DNA of 48,411 nt, from assembly GCA_001800675.1 (NCBI GenBank), contig MGVW01000016.1, positions 7,686 to 56,096 of the forward strand, in the 5' to 3' direction. Position 1 is the stretch's first letter; every line of letters begins with the position of its first letter. The notes beneath the pieces are model-generated. The model was not told where the DNA came from. It was given only the letters and a program-made list of their open reading frames with translations, and made no database searches. Source of the DNA: Euryarchaeota archaeon RBG_13_57_23. Lineage in GTDB: Archaea; Thermoplasmatota; Thermoplasmata; UBA10834. Made by a program: the position numbers and the translations under genes. This document shows, piece after piece, positions 1 through 8,703 of the stretch.

Positions 1-1
1 C

Positions 2-850
2 ACATACGCACCTCTTCAGCATGATGCGGGGGTCATGGACGCGAGCCTGTACTTCGCCGAGAAGGGCGTGCCACTTGTGTTCTTCGGGATGCCTCAGCCA
101 GGAGCGACTGGACCGGCTACCCTCGTGGGTTCGCTCGTCGTCGGGAACGCGGAGGTTCTGAGCGCTCTGACGATGACTCAGTTGCATGCACCCGGAGCCG
201 CGGTCATATACGGAATGGGCAACGCGCCTCTGGACATGAGGACCACTATCAGAGCGGGCGGCAGCCCCGAGCACGCACTGTCCAGCGCGATGGCAACAGA
301 GCTGGCACACTACTACGGGATGCCCTCTTGCGTAGGAGTCTCCGCGACCGCGAAGCAGCCCGGCGATCAGGCCATTCTGGAGTACTACACCGGATGTGCT
401 GGTCCGCTCCTTGCGGGCGCTGACCTGATGTGTGGCATCGGGTTGCTCGAGGACTCCAGCTGTCTCTTCTATGAGCAGATCGTGATCGACAACGAGATCG
501 TAGGTGTCATCAGCAGGCTGATCAGGGGAGAGTGGGCGGACGATGTCACGCTCGCGCTCGACGTGATCGAGAAGGTCGGCGTCGGGAAGAACTTCCTTGC
601 CCAGAAGCACACGCTCCAGCACCTGAAGTCCGGAGACCACTTCATGCCCGAGCTCATCGACAGACGCTCGTTCGATTCGTGGTCCGCGGACGGCTCGAAG
701 TCGTTGGTGGACAAGGCCAGGGACAAGACCAAGTGGATTCTCGCGAACCACAAGGTGCCTGCGCTCGACTCCGACAAGCAGTCGAAGGTGAACTCGATCA
801 TCGAGAAGGCCAAGAAGCCCATGTGGGGCGGGGAGACCAAGACGGCCTAA
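2..850 (+). CDS. MttB-superfamily (trimethylamine methyltransferase-like) corrinoid-dependent methyltransferase, C-terminal ~280 aa; the 5' end lies outside the window
   Basis: Frame is open from nt 2, with no stop before the listed Met at 35. Colinear paralogue of the C-terminal half of ORF 955-2400, sharing blocks MPxPGxTGPATLxGS, DMRTxxRAGGSPEH, AGADxxxGIGLLED, EQxVIDxEI and KVGVGKxxLxQxHT. Stop TAA 848-850. Confidence 0.8.
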   Translation, partial: TYAPLQHDAGVMDASLYFAEKGVPLVFFGMPQPGATGPATLVGSLVVGNAEVLSALTMTQLHAPGAAVIYGMGNAPLDMRTTIRAGGSPEHALSSAMATELAHYYGMPSCVGVSATAKQPGDQAILEYYTGCAGPLLAGADLMCGIGLLEDSSCLFYEQIVIDNEIVGVISRLIRGEWADDVTLALDVIEKVGVGKNFLAQKHTLQHLKSGDHFMPELIDRRSFDSWSADGSKSLVDKARDKTKWILANHKVPALDSDKQSKVNSIIEKAKKPMWGGETKTA

Positions 851-860
851 ACCTCTTCCT

Positions 861-900
861 GGCCGGGCGCGATTGCGTTCCGGCCGAACAGCTACATTTT
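861..900 (+). terminator. Possible terminator between the two mttB-like genes
   Basis: GGCCGG...CCGGCC stem (861-885) with inner CGC/GCG pairs, followed by TTTT at 897-900. Confidence 0.3.
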
Positions 901-954
901 CCGGCGCCCTGAAACCTTTTGTGAGAGTACTGTCTAGGAACCGAGGGGGATGCA

Positions 955-2400
955 ATGGCGAACTCAATACCCGTCCGGTGGAGGCGGGAAGTGCTGACGA
1001 AGGACGGCGAGCGGCGGATCAGATATGCAGCTCTGGAGATCCTCGAAGTGACGGGGGTAGCCGTTCGAAGCGAAAAAGCGCAGAACCTGCTTCGTGAAGC
1101 CGGATGCGTTGTTGACAAGAAAAGCGCAGTCGTGAAATTTCCCCCAAGCCTGGTCGAGGAGATGGCCAAGAAGAACGACCGCTCAGTCACTTTCTATGGG
1201 AGGACTCGGAAGAACGACGCTAGGTTGGATTTCGAGCATGTCCACATCTGCAGCGACGGAAATGGCACTGAGGCGATGGACTTCGACACGAGGGAGCGAA
1301 GATCCTCTAGGAAAGAGGACGTGGCGAAGAGCGCCTTCGTCGCCGACGCGCTGAAGGGACACGGCATAAACTGGCCGAACGTCACCTCGCAGGATGTCCC
1401 TCAGGGAACCAGACACATTCACGACCTCCAAGCCACACTTGAGAACACGGAGAAGCACATCACACTCGCGACCGACACGACGGTCTGGGAGGTGCAGGAT
1501 GTGGTCGAGCTGGCTGCGGCGGCGGTAGGCGGCAAGGAAGAGCTGAGGAAGAGGCCGATCGTCTCATCGATACACACGAGTTCATCTCCCCTGCAGATCG
1601 AGGGCGAAGGACTTGACGCTGGTCTCGTGGCGGCCGATGCGGGCCTGCCAATATGCTTCTATGTCATGCCTGGACCTGGCTCCACCGGTCCAGCCACCTT
1701 GGCTGGTTCCGTGGCGGTCGGAGTTGCAGAAGCACTTGCGGGGAACACGATATTCCAGCTTCACAGACCAGGGACGGCGTATATCTTCAGCTGCGGTATG
1801 GCCAACATGGACATGAGGACCTCGACCCGCGCGGGGGGCAGCCCGGAACATGGGCTCACCTCGGCAGCGTACTCGCAGATGGCCCACATGTTCGGGTTCC
1901 CAGCGCTGGTCGGAGGATTCGTCACCACTTCCAAATGGCCGGACCAGCAAGCAGCTTACGAGAAGTTCGCGAGCGCGGTCACTCCGATACTTGCGGGTGC
2001 GGACATGATCGCAGGTATCGGCCTGCTGGAGGACTGCAGGACTATATGGCTCGAGCAACTCGTCATAGACAGCGAGATTTCTCAGATAATTGGCCGGATG
2101 GCCCAGGGCATCGAGGTCAGCGACGAGACTCTCGCGGTCGATGTCGTCAACAAAGTGGGCGTAGGTAAGGACTATCTCAGCCAGAGACACACGATGGACC
2201 ATTTCAAGACCGAGCACTTCATCCCCGTGATTACGGACCGCTCTTCGTGGGACACATGGGTGGCCAAGGGCTCGAAGAGCCTCATCCAGAGGGCCGGGGA
2301 TGAGGTGAAGAGGATCTTCAAGGAGCACACCGTCGAACCGGTCAGGAGCGAAGTCTCCGATACCGCGAAGAGGCTGGTACAGGAGCGCTCCAAGCAGTAG
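955..2400 (+). CDS. MttB-superfamily methyltransferase, full length (481 aa), no in-frame amber codon (non-pyrrolysine type)
   Basis: N-terminal IRYAALEILEVTGVAV...LLREAGCVVD and the C-terminal blocks listed for the upstream paralogue are typical of the MttB fold. GAGGGGG lies 5 nt upstream of ATG 955. Stop TAG 2398-2400. Confidence 0.85.
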   Translation: MANSIPVRWRREVLTKDGERRIRYAALEILEVTGVAVRSEKAQNLLREAGCVVDKKSAVVKFPPSLVEEMAKKNDRSVTFYGRTRKNDARLDFEHVHICSDGNGTEAMDFDTRERRSSRKEDVAKSAFVADALKGHGINWPNVTSQDVPQGTRHIHDLQATLENTEKHITLATDTTVWEVQDVVELAAAAVGGKEELRKRPIVSSIHTSSSPLQIEGEGLDAGLVAADAGLPICFYVMPGPGSTGPATLAGSVAVGVAEALAGNTIFQLHRPGTAYIFSCGMANMDMRTSTRAGGSPEHGLTSAAYSQMAHMFGFPALVGGFVTTSKWPDQQAAYEKFASAVTPILAGADMIAGIGLLEDCRTIWLEQLVIDSEISQIIGRMAQGIEVSDETLAVDVVNKVGVGKDYLSQRHTMDHFKTEHFIPVITDRSSWDTWVAKGSKSLIQRAGDEVKRIFKEHTVEPVRSEVSDTAKRLVQERSKQ

Positions 2401-2412
2401 AATCTCTCTTGT

Positions 2413-2850
2413 CTACTCCTTCACGGTTGTGAAGACGGCGCATGTGAGGGTCCTCGCGACCCCTTTGACCTCTCTGAGACGGTCTATGACGAGCTTGCCG
2501 ATCTCCTCCATGCTGGCTCCTCGAACTTTCAGGATCATGTCGTACTCGCCGGAAATCATGTGCACCTCGTAGATGCCCGTGATTGAAGCTATGTCCTCTG
2601 CCGTATCCCTCTGGGACAACCCTTTCTCCGGTTCGAACTGGACAAGGATGAACGCGGATACGCCGAGGCCCAGCTGCGCGTAATCGGGAACTGCGGTGTA
2701 TCTTCTTATCACTCCCTTCTGCTCCATCTTCACGATCCTGTCGTGGACCGTCGCCCGCGGCATCCCGAGTTCCTTGGCGATCGCCTTCGTAGTCTTCCTC
2801 GAATCCTCGGCAAGCTCTCCCAGAATCGCGGAGTCCTTATCGTCGAGCAT
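2413..2850 (-). CDS. Lrp/AsnC-family transcriptional regulator (145 aa)
   Basis: N-terminal HTH (LDDKDSAILGELAEDSRKTTKAIAKELGMPRATVHDRIVKMEQKGVI) plus a C-terminal RAM/AsnC ligand domain (EVHMISGEYDMILKV). Confidence 0.85.
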   Translation of the reverse strand: MLDDKDSAILGELAEDSRKTTKAIAKELGMPRATVHDRIVKMEQKGVIRRYTAVPDYAQLGLGVSAFILVQFEPEKGLSQRDTAEDIASITGIYEVHMISGEYDMILKVRGASMEEIGKLVIDRLREVKGVARTLTCAVFTTVKE

Positions 2851-2853
2851 GTT

Positions 2854-2868
2854 CCGTCATAATGACGG
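2854..2868. promoter_or_regulatory. Perfect palindrome CCGTCAT-A-ATGACGG next to the lrp start; candidate autoregulatory operator
   Basis: Read directly. It lies between the lrp ATG (2848-2850, minus strand) and an AT-rich TATA-like element (TTGTATAT, ~2871-2878). Confidence 0.3.
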
Positions 2869-2970
2869 ATTTTGTATATCAACATTGGCATCATATTGGA
2901 AATATGTCGGATTATTCGTGGAAATGATGATATAGTCTGAGGCGCTAACCGTCTACTCTCAAGTGAGACC

Positions 2971-3891
2971 ATGCAGGCAGCCATCTCGCACATACGGGCC
3001 GAGGAGCACAGCAACATCCTCAGGGTACAGAGCGCAGCCCTGAAGGCCATTCACGACTACATGTATGAGAACAGGGTCGTCCAGGCTATGCCCATCATAC
3101 TCTCCCCGGCCACGGACCCGCTCAACCACCACCACTTCGACGCCAAGGTGGAGTACTACGGTCAGAAACTCAACCTGACGAAGAGCATGATCATACACAA
3201 GCAGCTCTCACTGCTCAACGACGGTATAGACAGAATATACTTCATGTCCCCGAACGTCCGGCTCGAGGACGCGAAGCTCAGGGATAGCGGGAGGCACCTG
3301 TTCGAGTTCACGCAAGTGGATATCGAGTTCAAGAACAAGAGCAAAGGGGATTTCTTCAAGTTCGTCGACGGCATGCTCGCCCACACCTTCAAGTTCGTGT
3401 CCAAGGAGTGTGCCAAGGAACTCGAGGCGCTGGGCCGCGACCTGAGGATGCCCAAGCTTCCCCTCAGAGTATACGAATCCGAAGAGCTCATGGCCGAGTA
3501 CGGAAAAGATTTCGAGAAGACCGCCTCCGAGAAGGCCAAGGACCCCTTCTGGATCACCAACTTCAGAAGGGAGTTCTACGATCGCGAGGACAAGCAGCGA
3601 AAGGGATACTTCCACAACTACGATGTCTTCTGGCCCGAGGGGTATGGAGAGGCGCTCTCCGGTGGCGAACGTGAGTGGGAACACGACGAGATCGTCAGGA
3701 AGATGCGTGAGAGGAAGACCGACACGAAGCCTTTCGACACATATCTCAAAGTCGCCAGCCAGGGCCTGATCCCGAAGACGGTTGGTGGGGGGTTGGGGAT
3801 CGAGAGGATGGTGCGGTTCATGACCGGAAGGAAGCACATCCGCGAAGTGACCATGTTCCCCCGGGTACCCGGTGAGGAGATCATATTCTGA
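2971..3891 (+). CDS. Class II aaRS-like catalytic core without an anticodon-binding domain; AsnRS paralogue of the archaeal asparagine synthetase A type
   Basis: 306 aa. Class II motif 2-like FRREFYDRED and motif 3-like GGGLGIERMVRFMTG. There is no N-terminal OB-fold region. Confidence 0.65.
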   Translation: MQAAISHIRAEEHSNILRVQSAALKAIHDYMYENRVVQAMPIILSPATDPLNHHHFDAKVEYYGQKLNLTKSMIIHKQLSLLNDGIDRIYFMSPNVRLEDAKLRDSGRHLFEFTQVDIEFKNKSKGDFFKFVDGMLAHTFKFVSKECAKELEALGRDLRMPKLPLRVYESEELMAEYGKDFEKTASEKAKDPFWITNFRREFYDREDKQRKGYFHNYDVFWPEGYGEALSGGEREWEHDEIVRKMRERKTDTKPFDTYLKVASQGLIPKTVGGGLGIERMVRFMTGRKHIREVTMFPRVPGEEIIF

Positions 3892-3913
3892 GACGGGACC
3901 TCGCGAGCTGAAA

Positions 3914-4846
3914 TCAGGATCGCTTCTCGACCTTCACGCCTGTTCCCGGAACAGTGATGAACGAATCCGATTTCAGGCCGACCGACTTGAACCCTGAGAC
4001 CATTGCCTTCCTGATCTTCTGGGCGTTGCCTTGAGAAATGGCGAAGACAGCTGGTCCAGAGCCGCCGATCGAGAATCCCAATGCGCCTGCCCCCATTGCC
4101 GCGTCCCTCACTTCAGAGTATCCGGGAATGAGCTTCATCCTGTGGGGCAAGGCCAACTTGTCGTCCAGGTAAGAGCCTATCATGCGAACGTTCCGGGTCA
4201 ACATCGCGTGAAGCATACCCGAGGCCAAACCCACGTTGCAGACCGCGTCCTTCATCTCCACGCTCGATGGCAGCATGCTCCTGGCCACGCGTGTCTCCAC
4301 GGAGATATCTGGCAGGGCGATTATTATCTGGAACCGCGGAGGGCGGATCCTCAGAATCTTCCTGGTCTTCAGATCCGAGACGACCGTGAACCCGCCGTAC
4401 AGCGCGGCCGAAACGTTGTCGAAGTGCCTCGATCCGGCGACCAGCTCCTCACCCATGGCAGATGCCTCGAGGATCATTCCCTTGTCCCGCACTCCAAGAA
4501 CGGCGGCCATTGCGACCGCTCCGCCAACTGATGATGCGGCGCTGCTTCCCAGGCCGCTCCCGGGTTTCATTCCCTTCCTAACCGACATCGAGAACCCGGC
4601 ATCGGAAGAGCCGCAGAGCTCGGCGAGTTTCATCGCTGAATACGAGGCCGTGTTCTTCTCAGGGTTGGTCGGGAGAGAGTACTTCCCGAGCACCTTCACC
4701 TCGTGCCTGCCCTTGGGGAGTCTGCGAACGACGATTCGGTCCCGTGGCGCGTCAAGGCAGAGGCCGAATGAATCGAACCCCGGTCCGAAGTTCGCAATCG
4801 TCGCGGGCGATGATACGACTGCACGGTCGCAGCTCACTTTCCACAC
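3914..4846 (-). CDS. thrB: Homoserine kinase (GHMP kinase family)
   Basis: N-terminal PATIANFGPGFD and the GHMP motif KPGSGLGSSAASSVG. About 310 aa. Divergent from thrC. GTG start. Confidence 0.85.
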   Translation of the reverse strand: MWKVSCDRAVVSSPATIANFGPGFDSFGLCLDAPRDRIVVRRLPKGRHEVKVLGKYSLPTNPEKNTASYSAMKLAELCGSSDAGFSMSVRKGMKPGSGLGSSAASSVGGAVAMAAVLGVRDKGMILEASAMGEELVAGSRHFDNVSAALYGGFTVVSDLKTRKILRIRPPRFQIIIALPDISVETRVARSMLPSSVEMKDAVCNVGLASGMLHAMLTRNVRMIGSYLDDKLALPHRMKLIPGYSEVRDAAMGAGALGFSIGGSGPAVFAISQGNAQKIRKAMVSGFKSVGLKSDSFITVPGTGVKVEKRS

Positions 4847-4966
4847 CCAGAACTGCTGTCATATCTTGCCTGCATATTAAGATGATTACGCGGAGAGACT
4901 CCGATGCACCGGAGGAAAACCGACCGAGCCAGTATGTCATTCTGACGCCCTCCAGAACCCCGAAGG

Positions 4967-5000
4967 ACTTATATTCCCACTAGCCATAGTGGGCCCACTC
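4967..5000. promoter_or_regulatory. thrC promoter region: TATA-like ACTTATATT followed by the palindromic array CCCACTA-GCCA-TAGTGGG-CCCACTC
   Basis: Read directly. TATA-like 4967-4975; half-sites at 4976-4982, 4987-4993 and 4994-5000. Confidence 0.35.
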
Positions 5001-5016
5001 GGCTGGGGATCACGGA

Positions 5017-6246
5017 TTGAGACCATTCGAGATGAGATGTATTGAGTGCGGCAAGGTCCACGATATGGGCCGGCCCGTTTACGCCTGCTCGTCCTGCGGG
5101 AACCTGCTTGAGATCCGCATGGACCGAGCGGAGGCTTTGAAGCGGATATCGAAGAACGACATCAAGAAGCGGCACGTGTCCGTCTGGAAGTACCGAGAGT
5201 TCATACCGATCAGCGACAAGGCGAAGGTCTACTCCCTCAACGAAGGTGGTACCCAGCTTCTCAAGTGCGGAAGGCTGGCCGAAGAGCTCGGCCTGAAGAA
5301 CTTGTATGTGAAGTTCGACGGCACGAACCCGACTGGGTCCTTCAAGGACCGAGGCATGACCGTTGGAATCACCAAGGCGAAGGAGCTCGGAATGAAGACC
5401 GTGACCTGTGCTTCGACCGGCAACACCTCGGCATCGCTCTCGGCGTATGCGGGCCTAGCAGGGATGAGATGTGTGGTCCTGATACCAGAGGGGAAGGTCG
5501 CTCTCGGTAAGCTCGCCCAGGCGATGATGCACGGCGCGACGATCGTCCAGGTGAAGGGCAACTTCGACCAGGCCCTGGAAATCGTCATGAAATCCTCGGA
5601 GAAGCTCGGCATGTATGTGCTGAACTCCGTGAATCCGTTCAGGATCGAGGGACAGAAGACCGCGGGCTTCGAGGTGTGCGACCAGCTCGGCGGGAAAAGC
5701 CCAGATTACCTCTACATACCGGTCGGCAACGGGGGCAACTCGGCAGCTTACTGGAAGGGATTCGAGGAATACGAGTCCCTCGGCTTGACCGATGGACTCC
5801 CCATGATCAGAGGCATCCAAGCGGAAGGATCTGCCCCCGTAGCGGACATGTTCAAGCACGGGAAGAAGGTCCTGGAACCCGTGAAGAAACCGGACACCGT
5901 CGCTACGGCAATCCGGATCGGAAACCCCGCCAACTGGAAGAAGACCGTGAAGGCCATCAAGGATTCGGGCGGAAGCGCGACCACCGTCAGCGACCCGGAG
6001 ATACTCGGCGCGCAGAAACTCCTAGCGAAGCTTGAGGGGATATTCGCGGAGCCCGCAGGAGCCGCCGCGCTTGCCGGTCTCAGGAAGGATGTCGATTCAG
6101 GGAGCATAGACCGGACGGCGTCGATTGTCTGCGTCTCAACTGGCCACGGCCTCAAGGACCCCGATATCGCGGTGTCCCAGAGCGCGAGGCCTAGGGTCAT
6201 CGAACCTACCATCGAAGCCCTCGAAGAGCTTCTGGAGGGCCGATGA
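5017..6246 (+). CDS. thrC: Threonine synthase (PLP-dependent)
   Basis: N-terminal Cys4 ribbon (CIECG...CSSCG), PLP-lysine motif SFKDRGM, and CASTGNTSAS. TTG start at 5017; the ATG at 5032 (MRCIECG) is the more likely start. Confidence 0.9.
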   Translation: MRPFEMRCIECGKVHDMGRPVYACSSCGNLLEIRMDRAEALKRISKNDIKKRHVSVWKYREFIPISDKAKVYSLNEGGTQLLKCGRLAEELGLKNLYVKFDGTNPTGSFKDRGMTVGITKAKELGMKTVTCASTGNTSASLSAYAGLAGMRCVVLIPEGKVALGKLAQAMMHGATIVQVKGNFDQALEIVMKSSEKLGMYVLNSVNPFRIEGQKTAGFEVCDQLGGKSPDYLYIPVGNGGNSAAYWKGFEEYESLGLTDGLPMIRGIQAEGSAPVADMFKHGKKVLEPVKKPDTVATAIRIGNPANWKKTVKAIKDSGGSATTVSDPEILGAQKLLAKLEGIFAEPAGAAALAGLRKDVDSGSIDRTASIVCVSTGHGLKDPDIAVSQSARPRVIEPTIEALEELLEGR

Positions 6247-6247
6247 G

Positions 6248-7261
6248 ATGCGCGTGATACTCGTTGGGTTCGGAGTCGTAGGCAGGAGCTTCGCGGAGCT
6301 CGTGGAGTCTGAGGCGCGCAAGCTCGAACGGGACTACGGCCTCAGGCCGAGGATAGTCGCTGCGGTCGACCACCTGGGTGCCGCCGTCGCGGAGGACGGG
6401 CTCGACGTCAAGACGGTTCTGGAATCGAAGAAGAAGTCCGGGACCATGGAGGGGCTCGGACAGCAGTACAGCGCTGGAAAGAGCGCTCTCGACGTGATCA
6501 AGGAGGTCGAGTGCGAGGTAGTCGTGGAGAGCACCCCGACAGAGCTGACCAGCGGAGAACCGGGCCTCGGTCATGTGAGGGCCGCCCTGAAAGAGGGCCG
6601 GCATGTGATATGCACGAACAAGGGACCGCTCGCGATTGCCATGCCCGCACTAATGGAGCTGGCCAACCACAACAAAGTTCTCCTGAAGTTCAGTGGCACG
6701 GTCGGCGGGGGCACGCCCGTCCTGGACTTCGCCAAGAAATGCCTGGAAGGCAGCAAGATACGGTCCATCAGCGGGATCCTCAACGGCACCTCCAACTTCA
6801 TACTCAGCAAGATGACGTCCGAGGGAGTGACGATGCAGGCCGCATTGGCGGAGGCCCAGAGACTGGGTTATGCAGAGGCAGATCCGACCTACGACATTGG
6901 TGGGTTCGACACCGCCTGCAAGCTCGTGATAACATCCAACTACGTGCTCGGAACCAGCCTCTCGATCAAGGACGTCCGGATAAAGGGGATCACGGAGATC
7001 TCGAAAAAGGATATCGACGAGGCCAAGTCGAAAGGCAGCGTCATCAAGCTCATAGGACGAGTGGAGAAGAACGCGAGCGTCCAGCCACAGGAGATACCAG
7101 CGACGCATCCGCTCAATGTGAGCGGTACGTTCAACGCAATATCGTTCGACACATACCCTGCAGGCGAGATAACCCTGGTCGGCAAAGGAGCTGGAGGCAT
7201 GGAGACCGCCAGCTCAGTGCTCCGGGATTTGATAGAGATAAGGAGGGCATTCGCCCGATAG
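6248..7261 (+). CDS. hom: Homoserine dehydrogenase
   Basis: MRVILVGFGVVGRSF Rossmann N-terminus, NKGPLA, ILNGTSNFIL and LGYAEADPTYDIGGFDTACKLVI. ATG 6248 lies 1 nt after the thrC stop. The longer listed ORF (from 6125) overlaps thrC. Confidence 0.9.
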   Translation: MRVILVGFGVVGRSFAELVESEARKLERDYGLRPRIVAAVDHLGAAVAEDGLDVKTVLESKKKSGTMEGLGQQYSAGKSALDVIKEVECEVVVESTPTELTSGEPGLGHVRAALKEGRHVICTNKGPLAIAMPALMELANHNKVLLKFSGTVGGGTPVLDFAKKCLEGSKIRSISGILNGTSNFILSKMTSEGVTMQAALAEAQRLGYAEADPTYDIGGFDTACKLVITSNYVLGTSLSIKDVRIKGITEISKKDIDEAKSKGSVIKLIGRVEKNASVQPQEIPATHPLNVSGTFNAISFDTYPAGEITLVGKGAGGMETASSVLRDLIEIRRAFAR

Positions 7262-7299
7262 GTATTTTTGTCGGGCTTCGATTCCAGGTTGGTCCGGTC

Positions 7300-8703
7300 A
7301 TGAAGATAGTCATGAAGTTCGGCGGCGCGAGCATCGCGGACGGCGACAAGATCCGAAGAGTGGCGACCATCGTCCGCAAATTCTGCAAGGACGGGCACAA
7401 GCTCGTGGTCATCACCTCAGCGATGGCCTCCGTCACGGACTCGCTTCAAGAGGTCGCGAGGAAGGCCAGCAAAGGGGATAAGAAGGCTGTCCACGAGTTC
7501 ATAGAGGCCGTCTCAGTCAAGCACAGGAGAGCGGCGGAGGGTGCCATCATGGACGAGAAGATACTGGGGCGCACTCTCGTCAACATCTCGAGCAGATGCG
7601 ATGAGCTGAAGAACATACTTCTGGGCATAGCACATATTGGCGAACTCACACCCCGATCACGGGACTTCGTCGTCGGATATGGCGAGAGGCTTTCCGCTCC
7701 GATCCTGGAAGGTGCCATCGAAGACCTTGGCATGAAATCAAAGGCTCTGACCGGAGGGGAGGCGGGTATCGTGACGGACGACAGGTTCGGAGACGCTTCT
7801 CCGCTGATGAGCGTCACTACACATCAGGTGAGGCAGACCTTGGAACCCATGCTCGAGGAGGGCACTGTCCCGGTCATCAGCGGGTTCATCGCATCAACCC
7901 AGGATGGTGTTCAGACCACCCTCGGCCGGGGAGGCTCGGACTTCTCCGCATCGATCATAGGTGCCGGGATCAAGGCCGACGAGGTCTGGGTCTGGAAGGA
8001 TGTCGACGGGCTCATGACCGCGAACCCGAAGATCGTGAAGTCCGCCAAGATGATCGACGAGATCTCTTTCGCGGAGGCCATGGAGCTCGCACACTTCGGG
8101 GCCGAGGTCATTCATCCAAAGGCACTGGAATGCGCGTCAAAGTATCAGCTGCCTTTCCGGGTCAAAAGCCTCAAGGACCCTGACTCCGCAGGGACGATGA
8201 TCGAGAGCAAGGTCAAGATCAAGTCCGGAGATGTCGTGAAGGCGATAACGAACATAGGCGATGTGAGCCTGATCACGGTCAGCGGAGCCAGCATGGTGGG
8301 GACGCCGAGGCTGGCTGCGAAGGTCCTCCAGATCCTGACGGACGAGGACATAGACGTCCTGATGATATCCCAGAGCTCCTCCGAGGAGAGCATCACGCTC
8401 GCAATCCCGAAAGCGATGGGCCGCAAGTCTCAGAACGCGTTGGAACTATCCCTGCTCGGGTCGAAGCAGGTACGCGAGGTCCACATAGAGGACGGCCTCA
8501 GCATCGTGGCCGTCGTGGGAGCGGGCATGAAAGGCACTCCGGGCGTGGCTGCGAGGGTGTTCCAGACGATGGCCAAGAACAGTGTCAACATAAGGGCGAT
8601 CGCTCAAGGGTCGTCCGAGCTGAACATATCGTTCATAATCAAGAAGGAAGACGCCAAGAAGGCAGTCGAGGCTCTTCACGACGATTTCAAGCTGGGTGAG
8701 TGA
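7300..8703 (+). CDS. lysC: Aspartate kinase with C-terminal ACT domains
   Basis: [16 protein letters not shown]-terminus, [10 protein letters not shown], and tandem ACT-like C-terminal repeats. The listed 730-aa ORF is an artefactual 5' extension across hom. Confidence 0.9.
   Translation: MKIVMKFGGASIADGDKIRRVATIVRKFCKDGHKLVVITSAMASVTDSLQEVARKASKGDKKAVHEFIEAVSVKHRRAAEGAIMDEKILGRTLVNISSRCDELKNILLGIAHIGELTPRSRDFVVGYGERLSAPILEGAIEDLGMKSKALTGGEAGIVTDDRFGDASPLMSVTTHQVRQTLEPMLEEGTVPVISGFIASTQDGVQTTLGRGGSDFSASIIGAGIKADEVWVWKDVDGLMTANPKIVKSAKMIDEISFAEAMELAHFGAEVIHPKALECASKYQLPFRVKSLKDPDSAGTMIESKVKIKSGDVVKAITNIGDVSLITVSGASMVGTPRLAAKVLQILTDEDIDVLMISQSSSEESITLAIPKAMGRKSQNALELSLLGSKQVREVHIEDGLSIVAVVGAGMKGTPGVAARVFQTMAKNSVNIRAIAQGSSELNISFIIKKEDAKKAVEALHDDFKLGE

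Noticed and set aside
2-2400. Pyrrolysine (in-frame TAG) decoding in the MttB-like genes
   Set aside because: Neither ORF contains an in-frame TAG. TAG terminates about 16 of the ~42 genes called here, and no pyl genes are present in the window.
2924-2940. C box-like ATGATGA followed by CTGA (possible C/D box sRNA)
   Set aside because: Only 6 nt separate the boxes, there is no second box pair or guide-length spacer, and the element coincides with the probable TATA region of the AsnRS-like gene.
6511-7299. 5' extension that makes the aspartate kinase ORF 730 aa long
   Set aside because: The extension runs through the homoserine dehydrogenase gene in another frame and translates to Arg/Gly/Gln-rich nonsense. 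The conserved [12 protein letters not shown]-terminus begins at 7300.
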